Position numbers and translations under genes: made by a program. Shown here piece by piece: positions 1-8,204 of a stretch of DNA of 31,188 bases; the stretch's first letter is position 1; every line of letters begins with the position of its first letter. The notes under the pieces are model-generated. The model was not told the DNA's origin and did not search any database. It saw nothing but the letters and a program-made list of their open reading frames with translations. The DNA lies in NCBI GenBank assembly GCA_035312345.1, contig DATGCC010000534.1, forward strand, positions 1-31,188, read 5' to 3'. The DNA is from Rhodothermales bacterium (GTDB taxonomy: Bacteria > Bacteroidota > Rhodothermia > Rhodothermales > DATGCC01).

Positions 1-2
1 AT

Positions 3-1091
3 GATTACACCGAGTTGCTTCCGCTGGTCCATGATGGCGTGAAAAGTCGGGCCTCCCAACGCCTACTGGCAAAAGACCGGAATGTCTACCTGACCATTGA
101 TGCACGCCTGCAAAAGCGCGTGGCCGATGTCATCCATGACCGGGTCCGGGCCGACCCAAACCTGCGGGGTCGCTTCATCTCGGCGGCGGTGCTGGATGTA
201 GCCACGGGCGATGTGCTGGCTTCCGTAACGTATCCCCTCCCAGACAGCGTCGCCGATTACCTCAATCCAGCCTATTTCGACCGGGCCGCCTATGCAACCA
301 GAGCGCCGGGCTCCACTTTCAAGCTGGCAACAGCGATGGCGGGCTACCGCACACTGGGCGACAACGTGGACACCTGGACCACCAACACCGTGCCCGGCGT
401 GCTGCTACCGTTGGCAATTGAGCAATCCAATAACGCCTACTTCAGTGCCCTCGCCTATGAAGCGGGACCCGACGCCATGCTAGATGTGATTGAAACGTTT
501 GGCTTCACCGTGTGGCGTGATGGGCTGACCCGTGCGCAAAAGCTGACGCGGCTGCGGCGTGACCTCAACGACCGTGCACAGACGGGCTTCGGACAGGGCG
601 AGTTGGCTGGCAGTCCCTTGTTGGTAGCCCGCCTCGCCGCTACCGTCGCCAACGATGGCAAGATGCCGCCCATCAACTGGCTCCGCGACCAGGGCGAGCC
701 ACCCAGCGCTGCTGTGTCTGTTATCACGCCAGCGCAAGCCCGCCGCCTCGGGGCCTACATGCGGCAGGTCGTTGTTGGATCGCGTGGCACGGCCCGACGC
801 ACGTTGGGCAACCACGGCTTAGCCATTGCAGGCAAGACAGGCACCGCCGAGCAAATTGGGCAGAGCCGCCGACGGGTCAACAATGCGTGGTTTACGGGCT
901 TTGCGCCGTATCGCGAGGTACCAAACGGCGCGCCTCAGATTGCCGTAGCGGTGCTGATCGAAGCCAAACCCACGGACCGGGGCGGGCAAAAGCTGGGCGG
1001 CGGCAGCGATGCCGCGCCTATCGCCGGATCGATTTTCGATGAGGCGGTCGGGTTGGGCATCATTCGCCGGGCTATTCCCTCCCTGCGATGA
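3..1091 (+). CDS. Penicillin-binding protein, transpeptidase domain (PbpA/class B-like); 5'-truncated by the window edge
   Basis: The frame is open from base 3 (DYTELLPLVHDG...). All three active-site motifs are present: SxxK (STFK, 312-323), SxN (SNN, 426-434) and KTG (834-842). The segments GFGQGEL...PL.VAR and NAWFTGFAP...IAVAVLIE are typical of class B PBPs. Confidence 0.92.
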   Translation, partial: DYTELLPLVHDGVKSRASQRLLAKDRNVYLTIDARLQKRVADVIHDRVRADPNLRGRFISAAVLDVATGDVLASVTYPLPDSVADYLNPAYFDRAAYATRAPGSTFKLATAMAGYRTLGDNVDTWTTNTVPGVLLPLAIEQSNNAYFSALAYEAGPDAMLDVIETFGFTVWRDGLTRAQKLTRLRRDLNDRAQTGFGQGELAGSPLLVARLAATVANDGKMPPINWLRDQGEPPSAAVSVITPAQARRLGAYMRQVVVGSRGTARRTLGNHGLAIAGKTGTAEQIGQSRRRVNNAWFTGFAPYREVPNGAPQIAVAVLIEAKPTDRGGQKLGGGSDAAPIAGSIFDEAVGLGIIRRAIPSLR

Positions 1092-1139
1092 TCTTGTTTT
1101 TGTATTATAGGCTGATTCGATCCTTGATTGTGCATACGC

Positions 1140-2642
1140 ATGTCCCCCTCTGATATCGACTCGCAATCCCGCATAGATCAAGCGCTGGCACGCCTGCACG
1201 AAGCGCTGACACCCTATGTGGCCGATGCTATGCAGGAGACTTTCGGTGAGGCATGGGCACAGGCGGCTCAGGAAGGACTTCGCGATCCCTATTTGCAACA
1301 GAAATCATGGGACCTAGAAGCCCTGCTGCTCATCATCACCAACAACTGGGCCTCTGCTTTTCAGGGCCGCCTCGGCGAGGTAGGCAAAATCCTCGTCGGC
1401 GAAGTGCGCACCCTTCAACGATCCGAGGCTCTGCTGAACCTCAACGACGCTTATCGCGCCCTCGACACCATGGCACGCCTGCTTCGTCTGCTCGGCGACG
1501 ACGATCGCGCCGACCACGTCCGCAACGAAGCGCTGGCGATGATGCAGCTTCAGTTTCAACAGCCTAGCCCGTCTGCCCCGCCGCCCGAACCCGCCGACAG
1601 TACGATCCCACCTCCTATTCCAGCGAATCCAACTCCAGAGAACAGTGATAACACGCCATCGGCTGATAGCGCAGACGCTGATGCAACCGAGGAGGCATCA
1701 ACAGAGAACGCAGAAGCTGCCAGCAAACAGGAAGAGGCTGATGCTTCGCAACCCAAAGAAACAACCGATGACGACGGGTGGGGTGACGAGGACGAGCCTG
1801 ACGATGAAGATGAGCCTGACAACCGCGAGCGCGGGCCGGGCCTCTTAGAGAAGGCAGGCGGATGGCTACGGGGTATCCGGTCCAGAAAAGCAGACGACCA
1901 TCTGGCTCCGCTGGAGTTGCGGACGCGCCTGCTGGATGCAGTGGAAGACACCCTGGCAGAACACCGTGCCAAACGCCCGCTCCCCTACGACCGGGTGACG
2001 GTGCACATCCTCGCAACAGACCATCGGCTGTATCATCGATACGATGACGCTCTCAAGGAAATCGAGCCGCCCTTCCAGGTTGCTGTGCCCAACCGCCTCC
2101 ACGATGCCGGCTTCGAGCCGCTCCCCACGCTTTCTGTCAAATACGAAATCCACAAAACGGCTCCCAAAAAGCTGGCGGCCGCCTTCGAGAAGTATGGGCC
2201 GGTCTATGTAGAATATGACCGACACCAGGCCAAGCGACAATCCTCGGCGTGGCTCACCGTCGTTACAGGGGAGGCCGAAGAAAGCGAGTACCGTATTCGA
2301 AGCAACCAGCGCTTCAACGTGGGCCGTTTGAAAGAGGTGCGCGAAGGCAGCTATGGCCACCTCATCCGACGCAACGACATTGCCTTTCTCGGCGATGACA
2401 CCCCCGGCCTGGACGCCGACACCCGCGCCATCAACAACACCGTCTCGCGCAAGCATGCCCGCATCGAATACGACGAAAGCTCCGGCCAGTTTGCGCTACA
2501 CAAAGTCGAGGGCGACACGTTCGTGAGCCGACCCGGACGCGGGGCGCGGGTGCAGGTGCTCTATCAGCCTATCACGCTGGAAGATGGCGACCTGATCTAC
2601 CTCGGTAGCGCCTGCCTCCGCTTCAACACGAGAAAACGGTAA
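1140..2642 (+). CDS. FHA-domain protein: N-terminal Swt1-like HEPN domain, acidic/Pro-rich linker, FhaA/DUF3662-like domain, C-terminal FHA
   Basis: FHA motifs are GR (NVGRLK), SRKH (TVSRKHARI) and LEDGDLIYLG. The N-terminus (ALARLHEALTPYV...WDLEALL...W...F...LG...DAYRALDTMARLL) follows the Swt1-like HEPN pattern. ATG 1140 is preferred over TTG 1128. Confidence 0.85.
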   Translation: MSPSDIDSQSRIDQALARLHEALTPYVADAMQETFGEAWAQAAQEGLRDPYLQQKSWDLEALLLIITNNWASAFQGRLGEVGKILVGEVRTLQRSEALLNLNDAYRALDTMARLLRLLGDDDRADHVRNEALAMMQLQFQQPSPSAPPPEPADSTIPPPIPANPTPENSDNTPSADSADADATEEASTENAEAASKQEEADASQPKETTDDDGWGDEDEPDDEDEPDNRERGPGLLEKAGGWLRGIRSRKADDHLAPLELRTRLLDAVEDTLAEHRAKRPLPYDRVTVHILATDHRLYHRYDDALKEIEPPFQVAVPNRLHDAGFEPLPTLSVKYEIHKTAPKKLAAAFEKYGPVYVEYDRHQAKRQSSAWLTVVTGEAEESEYRIRSNQRFNVGRLKEVREGSYGHLIRRNDIAFLGDDTPGLDADTRAINNTVSRKHARIEYDESSGQFALHKVEGDTFVSRPGRGARVQVLYQPITLEDGDLIYLGSACLRFNTRKR

Positions 2643-2669
2643 AAAGACTGCCGTGCTCAGAGAAAGCCG

Positions 2670-4310
2670 TCAGGGTGCGCCGATGGCCCGTTCCAGCATC
2701 GACTTGTCACCGGTCAATTCCCAGTAGATGAGCGACACCGGGATGACGCCCGCCCGGTTGAAGTCGTCCATGAACGCCCGTAGCTCAAAACGCCCCTCCC
2801 GCTGGCGGGCATATTCGGCGATGAGTTTTTCGATCTCCAACTTGCCGATGACGTAGCTCGTGCCATAGGCCGGTTGCTGCAGGTAGAACTGTTCTTCGTG
2901 CTGGATCGTGCCTCCATCGGCGGGGAGCAAGCCCCAGGGCGTCCACTTTGAGGCAAACTGCGTGGCCTCGTCAAAGGTCATCTCCAGGCCGTGCTGGTAC
3001 AGCCCGCCCAGCCCACGCGCCGCCCGCTGGGCCAGCAGGATCCAGACCAGTTCGCGGGCGCGAGGTCGTTCGTCCAGCAGCCCGGCGTGCATCATCATCT
3101 CTTCCATGCCCGTCGCCATGCCCTCGGCCCGCCCGTCGAAGATGTTGTAGAGCAGCGGCGTGCGACGAATGGGGCTCTCGTGCGGTTCGTCTCGCATCCG
3201 GGCCAGATCGAACCAGTGGTAATGGTGCGTCCGCATCACGATGGGGTCGCGGTAGGTGATCTCAGAGAAGAACCCGCGCAGCCCCTCCGATGGCGTAAAG
3301 CTGCCCATCTGCTCCCGTAGCGCGGCATCCATGTACGGCTTGATCGGGACGATCTCTTCCTCTTCCAGAAACGCCATGTATTCCGTGACAGCCGCATTCA
3401 GCAGGCGGTCGTAGTCTTCGGCATTATCGATCCGAGAGAGCTTTGGCAGATCGCGGTTGCGGTGCTCCTCCAGCCGCAGGGCACTGTGCGCCCGGCTCAA
3501 CTCGCGTTGCATGAGTAGCACCTCCTCCTCCCACGTATAGGGCAGCAGGTGGACCTTCTGAAGGTTCCACGTATAGTTTTCCTTGCCCACACCCGAGGGG
3601 CCTGTCTTTGAGGGAACCTGTGCCTCCAGCCATGCGGCGAACTGTTCAGCGGCCACACTGGCTTCCATCGCCGCAGCCGCCAGATCTGGATGGGTCTCCC
3701 GCACCGACGCCGCAAAAGAAGCAAGCTGCTCGCTTTGCTCGTGGATGCTGCGCGTCCCCGTAACCCACAGGTCGCGGGCATTCCCTGTCAGATTCCGCCG
3801 GGCCTGCTCGAAGACAGCAGCGGCTTTGCGCAGGCGAGCCGCCAGTTGGGAAGCATCTGCATCGGAGAAGGGCCGGGCATAGTTCGGGAGTTCGATAGCG
3901 CCGTGGATGTTTGGCCCTTCGCGCTCTGGCACGTCTGTCGGATAGGGATAGAACCAGACATAAAACGCTGGGTCCCGCGCCCATGGCTTCGTGACACGGT
4001 GATCGAAATCCAGTCCGTTCATCTCGGCCCAGACCAGGTACCAGTCGATCTGCTGAGCAATGGGCCACCCGGTAGTGCCGATGGCGGCTAGGCGACGCTG
4101 CCAATCGGCAAGGTTGCGGTGCTGCCGGGCCATCGCCTCGGCGGTATAATCAGGCACACCGTCAATCATCTCTGGGGCATGAAAGGCCCGCCAGTCAAAA
4201 AACAGATCGACGAGGTCATCGTACGTCGTCGCTTGCTGCGCGCTTACATCGACAGTAAGGATAGAGCAGGCTACCAGAGTGACAAAGCAGAGACAGGAAC
4301 GCGGTGTCAT
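2670..4310 (-). CDS. Secreted DUF885-like protein
   Basis: It has a signal peptide (VSA|Q). EGMATGMEE and SYVIGKLEIEKL...F.LRAF.D resemble the conserved C-terminal DUF885 motifs. Confidence 0.7.
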   Translation of the reverse strand: MTPRSCLCFVTLVACSILTVDVSAQQATTYDDLVDLFFDWRAFHAPEMIDGVPDYTAEAMARQHRNLADWQRRLAAIGTTGWPIAQQIDWYLVWAEMNGLDFDHRVTKPWARDPAFYVWFYPYPTDVPEREGPNIHGAIELPNYARPFSDADASQLAARLRKAAAVFEQARRNLTGNARDLWVTGTRSIHEQSEQLASFAASVRETHPDLAAAAMEASVAAEQFAAWLEAQVPSKTGPSGVGKENYTWNLQKVHLLPYTWEEEVLLMQRELSRAHSALRLEEHRNRDLPKLSRIDNAEDYDRLLNAAVTEYMAFLEEEEIVPIKPYMDAALREQMGSFTPSEGLRGFFSEITYRDPIVMRTHHYHWFDLARMRDEPHESPIRRTPLLYNIFDGRAEGMATGMEEMMMHAGLLDERPRARELVWILLAQRAARGLGGLYQHGLEMTFDEATQFASKWTPWGLLPADGGTIQHEEQFYLQQPAYGTSYVIGKLEIEKLIAEYARQREGRFELRAFMDDFNRAGVIPVSLIYWELTGDKSMLERAIGAP

Positions 4311-4313
4311 AGT

Positions 4314-4389
4314 AAGAGGCGAGATGGATAATGGATAAGCCTGTTCAAGCTACAGACCAAGTGTGCGACAGACTACCACTTCGCCTCTT
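4314..4389. repeat. Intergenic inverted repeat with an internal heptamer tandem
   Basis: AAGAGGCGA (4314-4322) and TCGCCTCTT (4381-4389) form a perfect 9-bp inverted pair, extendable to about 14 bp with two non-Watson-Crick positions. ATGGATA occurs twice in tandem at 4324-4337. Confidence 0.6.
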
Positions 4390-5546
4390 CAAGCGCAATA
4401 TCGCTGCGCCGATGCCGCCAAAATCCGGGCTAGATCCACGAGCGAGTCGATATCGACCCATTCTTCGCGGGTGTGCAACCCGGCTCCGATGGGACCCACC
4501 ACCACCGTCTCAACGCCTGCCTCGGCCAGCAGCGCGGCATCCGTCCAGAAGGTCTGCCCGGCGATGGGCGGAGCATGCCCCAGCACGTCGGTAGCCGCTT
4601 CCAGCGTGGCGCGGACAATGCCGACCTCGGGAGCCACCTCGAACGGCTCACGCACCGCCATGATTTTCTGGCTGGCACGAAACGTCGGATCATCGGCAGC
4701 GAGGGTATCGAGAAGGGTCTGGATCTCAGCGGCGACATCTTGCGAGGTTTCGCCCGGGATGGTGCGACGCTCCACCTGTGCCCGGCAGCGGGCAGCATAG
4801 ACACTCCACTCGGTGCCGCCTACAATACGGCCCACATGCAGCGACGGGGGACCTGTCAACGGATGGCCTTCTCGGGCGCGTAATTGCTGCTCCAACGTAT
4901 CCAGTTCGGCGAGGAAACGGCCCATACGCATGTTCGCGTCGCGGCCTTCGTCGGGGCGGCTACCGTGGGCAGCGCGGCCTTCCGTCTCAACTTCGATCCA
5001 GACAAAACCTTTGTGCGCCAGCGCCAGCTTCATGTCCGTCGGCTCGGTGACAATGGCGCCATCGACCGTGTGGTGCTGGATCACATCTGCTGTGCCGATG
5101 CTGGCAAATTCTTCGTCGGCAACGGCAGCGATGAGCACATCACCAGCGAGTTGCGCCCCCGCCTGCTGCAAGGCTTTCACGGCAGCGATGCAGGCGGCGA
5201 GGCTGCCCTTCATGTCCTGCGCACCCCGCCCATAGAGTTTCCCGTCGCGGATATTCGCCGAAAACGGCTCTTCCATGCCTTCCACGCCGACGGTGTCCAT
5301 GTGTGCGTTGAGCATCAGCGAGCGCCCGCCGCCGCTACCGCGCCACGTCCCAACGACGCTGGGTCGCCCCGGCTCCGTCTCGTGAACATCTACGTGCAAA
5401 TCCATCGAGCGCAGGGTGTCAGCCACATATGCAGCGATGTCTGCCTCGCCTGCCCCCGTCGGCGTACACAGCGGGTTGGTCGAGTCGATCTGCACCAGAT
5501 CAGTCAGGATGCGCACGAGGTCGGCCCGGTCAATCGTGATCTCCAT
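4389..5546 (-). CDS. M20 family metallo-amidohydrolase (ArgE/DapE-like deacylase)
   Basis: Motifs include LNAHMDTV, GRGAQDMKG, ADEE, EPT, GRAAHGS and the C-terminal GLHTREE. The start is set at MEITID (5546); the ORF-track extension to 5648 looks non-coding. Confidence 0.9.
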   Translation of the reverse strand: MEITIDRADLVRILTDLVQIDSTNPLCTPTGAGEADIAAYVADTLRSMDLHVDVHETEPGRPSVVGTWRGSGGGRSLMLNAHMDTVGVEGMEEPFSANIRDGKLYGRGAQDMKGSLAACIAAVKALQQAGAQLAGDVLIAAVADEEFASIGTADVIQHHTVDGAIVTEPTDMKLALAHKGFVWIEVETEGRAAHGSRPDEGRDANMRMGRFLAELDTLEQQLRAREGHPLTGPPSLHVGRIVGGTEWSVYAARCRAQVERRTIPGETSQDVAAEIQTLLDTLAADDPTFRASQKIMAVREPFEVAPEVGIVRATLEAATDVLGHAPPIAGQTFWTDAALLAEAGVETVVVGPIGAGLHTREEWVDIDSLVDLARILAASAQRYCA

Positions 5547-5680
5547 GTCTTTCGCTGGCTCGTTTAATCTGTCGATGCTGTAAAGTACGACGCGGCGCAT
5601 CCAGACACAGCGGATATTTCGCTGCGCTTTTCCTACCTTGTCAGGCAAGCCATCAATAGCTCACAAAACTGGAGAACGCC

Positions 5681-6481
5681 ATGCGCACATCCCTCTTCCT
5701 GTTTCTTCTGCTGGTGATGCCATTCACGACGGCCTGTTCTCAGAAAGCAGTGGACGAGCGCATGGAAACCTCGCCGCGTCATCAAGAATGGGTGACCATT
5801 GAACATGGTGATCGTGCCGTGGAGGCCTTTCTCGTCTACCCCGAAGTGTCGGAATCCGTACCTGCCATCATTGTGATCCACGAAAACCGGGGCCTCAACG
5901 ACTGGGTGCGCAGTGTCGCTGACCGGCTGGCGGAAGAAGGCTACCTCGCCATTGCCCCTGACCTGCTCTCTGGGATGGGTCCTGGCGGTGGCAAAACCAG
6001 CGACTTCCCCGACACCGACGCCGCCCGCGAAGCCCTCTACAACCTCCCGCCCGACCAGATCACCGCCGACCTCCACGCTGTGGCGAACTATGTAAAAGCC
6101 CTGCCCGCCGCCAACGGCACCATTGCGGTAGCGGGATTTTGCTGGGGCGGCTCGCAATCCTTCCGCTTTGCCACCAACGAACCCGACCTGAGCGCGGCCT
6201 ACATTTTCTATGGCACGGCCCCCGATGATGCCATCGACCTGGCCCGCATCAATGCGCCTGTCTACGGCTTCTACGGTGGCAATGATGCGCGGGTCAACGC
6301 GACCATCCCTGATACCGAAACGCTGATGGCCGAGGCCGACAAAACCTACGAGCCCGTCATCTACGAAGGAGCCGGACATGGCTTCATGCGCGCAGGCGTA
6401 GCCGACGATGCCTCAGAGGCCAACCAGCAGGCCCACGCCGACGCCTGGGAACGCTGGTTGGATCTGCTGGAGGAGCTTTGA
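5681..6481 (+). CDS. Dienelactone hydrolase family protein, probable lipoprotein
   Basis: Motifs are HENRGL, the nucleophile GFCWGG and HGF. A hydrophobic N-terminus ends in a lipobox-like TAC. Confidence 0.9.
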   Translation: MRTSLFLFLLLVMPFTTACSQKAVDERMETSPRHQEWVTIEHGDRAVEAFLVYPEVSESVPAIIVIHENRGLNDWVRSVADRLAEEGYLAIAPDLLSGMGPGGGKTSDFPDTDAAREALYNLPPDQITADLHAVANYVKALPAANGTIAVAGFCWGGSQSFRFATNEPDLSAAYIFYGTAPDDAIDLARINAPVYGFYGGNDARVNATIPDTETLMAEADKTYEPVIYEGAGHGFMRAGVADDASEANQQAHADAWERWLDLLEEL

Positions 6482-6550
6482 TTTTTTGACAATGGATAAC
6501 TTCTTATCCGTCGCCCCACCTCTCGCCTTTCGCCCTTTTACGACCTCTGT

Positions 6551-7780
6551 ATGATCAACCAGACCACTACTTCCATTGCTTCTGCTGAAACCATCCGTGC
6601 TCATTTCCCGGCGCTGCAACGACACCACGGCGGTTTTCCCGTGGCCTACTTCGACGGCCCTGGTGGCACGCAGGTGCCCCGTGCCGTAGGCGAGGCGATG
6701 ACGGACTACCTCTATCACCACAACGCCAACACCCACTGGGCCTACCCCACCAGCGCCGAAACCGATGCGATCATCGACGATGCCCGGCAGGCACTGGCGG
6801 ACTTCCTAAACGCGGCTCCGAATGAGATTGCTTTCGGGGCGAATATGACAACGCTGACGTTTCACCTCGCCCGCGCCCTGGGCCGCCGCCTCGGCCCCGG
6901 CGATGAGATCGTCGTCACCGAACTGGACCACCACGCCAACGTCGCGCCGTGGCATGCGCTGGCGAAAGAGCGCGGCGTGGCGATCCACACGGTGCGGATG
7001 GACACGGCTACGGGCCAACTCAACACCGCCAACCTCGAAAGCCTGATCGGTCCTCGCACCCGGCTGCTTGCCATCGGGGCCGCGTCGAATGCACTAGGCA
7101 CCATCAACGACCTGGCTCATGCTACCGAGGTGGCTCATGCGGCGGGCGCGCTCGTCTTCGTGGACGCCGTCCATTACGCCCCGCACGCCCTTGTGGATGT
7201 GCAGGCCCTCGACTGCGATTTTCTGGCGTGCTCAGCCTACAAATTCTACGGCCCGCATATCGGCATCCTCTACGGAAGGCATGACCTGCTGGCTGATTTG
7301 GACGTGCCCAAACTCCTGCCAGCACCCGATTACGCACCGGATCGCATTGAGACGGGCACGCAGAACCACGAAGGCATGACCGGAGCCGCTGCCGCTGTTG
7401 ATTTCCTTGCCAGCATGGCCGAAGGCGACACGCGGCGCGCTCGCCTGCAAGCAGCCTTTGCTATTCTCCATGAACGCGGTGCCGCACTGATTACGGACCT
7501 CTGGGACGGCCTCTCTGCCCTTGACGGGGTTACCTGCTACGGCGTGCCACCAGATGCCGCCCGTACGCCCACGATAGCCTTTACCGTAGACGGCCTTTCC
7601 TCTGAATCCGTCACCCGGAAAATAGCCTCACGCGGCGTCTTCACCTCCCACGGCGATTTCTACGCCGCGACGGTTGTGAAGCGTCTGGGCGTCGAGGGGT
7701 TGGTCCGCGCCGGATGTGCCTGCTATACGACGCCGGAGGAAGTGGAACGGTTGGTGGATGGCGTGCGTGCCCTTCTCTAA
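6551..7780 (+). CDS. Cysteine desulfurase-like PLP enzyme (aminotransferase class V, VC1184-type subfamily)
   Basis: Motifs include YFDGPGGTQVP, DHHAN, VDAVHYAPH and the PLP lysine in SAYKFYGPH. HGDFYA sits where SufS has GHHCA. Confidence 0.88.
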   Translation: MINQTTTSIASAETIRAHFPALQRHHGGFPVAYFDGPGGTQVPRAVGEAMTDYLYHHNANTHWAYPTSAETDAIIDDARQALADFLNAAPNEIAFGANMTTLTFHLARALGRRLGPGDEIVVTELDHHANVAPWHALAKERGVAIHTVRMDTATGQLNTANLESLIGPRTRLLAIGAASNALGTINDLAHATEVAHAAGALVFVDAVHYAPHALVDVQALDCDFLACSAYKFYGPHIGILYGRHDLLADLDVPKLLPAPDYAPDRIETGTQNHEGMTGAAAAVDFLASMAEGDTRRARLQAAFAILHERGAALITDLWDGLSALDGVTCYGVPPDAARTPTIAFTVDGLSSESVTRKIASRGVFTSHGDFYAATVVKRLGVEGLVRAGCACYTTPEEVERLVDGVRALL

Positions 7781-7808
7781 GCCATGCCCATCAAAAGCCA
7801 CCACCCCC

Positions 7809-8189
7809 ATGATGCCCATCCAAACCCCTGATGCCCCAACTCCGGCGGGCCATTACAGCCAGGCCATCGTGTACAACGGTATGGTCTACGTGGCGGGCCA
7901 ACTGCCTATCGACCCGAACAACCGCGAGCAACCTGTCGGCCCCATCGAAGCGCAGACGGAGCAGGCATTGCGCAACGTCGAGGCTATTCTAAAGGCGGCA
8001 GGTAGCAACCTCAGCCAGGTCGTGCAGATGACGATTTACATCTCCGACATCAGCCTGTGGAGCCGCGTCAATACGACCTACGCGCAGGTGCTGGGCGACC
8101 ATCGACCCGCCCGCGCCATCGTCCCCACCCGCGATCTGCACTACGGCTATCAGATCGAGATCCAGGCCATCGCCGCTGTTGCCAGTTGA
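7809..8189 (+). CDS. ridA: RidA/YjgF family enamine/imine deaminase
   Basis: Motifs are GHYSQA, GQLPIDP, RPARAIV (catalytic Arg) and IEIQAIA. The start is set at ATG 7809, 28 bp after the upstream stop, giving 126 aa. Confidence 0.9.
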   Translation: MMPIQTPDAPTPAGHYSQAIVYNGMVYVAGQLPIDPNNREQPVGPIEAQTEQALRNVEAILKAAGSNLSQVVQMTIYISDISLWSRVNTTYAQVLGDHRPARAIVPTRDLHYGYQIEIQAIAAVAS

Positions 8190-8204
8190 TGGGATTGAGC
8201 CTCT

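Noticed and set aside
1105-1130. tRNA T-loop-like ATTCGATCC in the PBP-FHA spacer
   Set aside because: There is no cloverleaf, no acceptor stem and no room (48-bp spacer).
1140-1562. Active HEPN RNase toxin or anti-phage system
   Set aside because: The RxxxxH motif is absent, and there is no adjacent MNT antitoxin, DUF499 ATPase, methylase or other defence gene.
5633-6379. 248-aa antisense ORF (similar cases: 4884-5567, 11450-12142, 15662-16336, 22793-23476, 25627-26469)
   Set aside because: Each lies fully opposite a motif-supported gene and has no motifs of its own. Such shadow ORFs are expected in GC-rich coding DNA.
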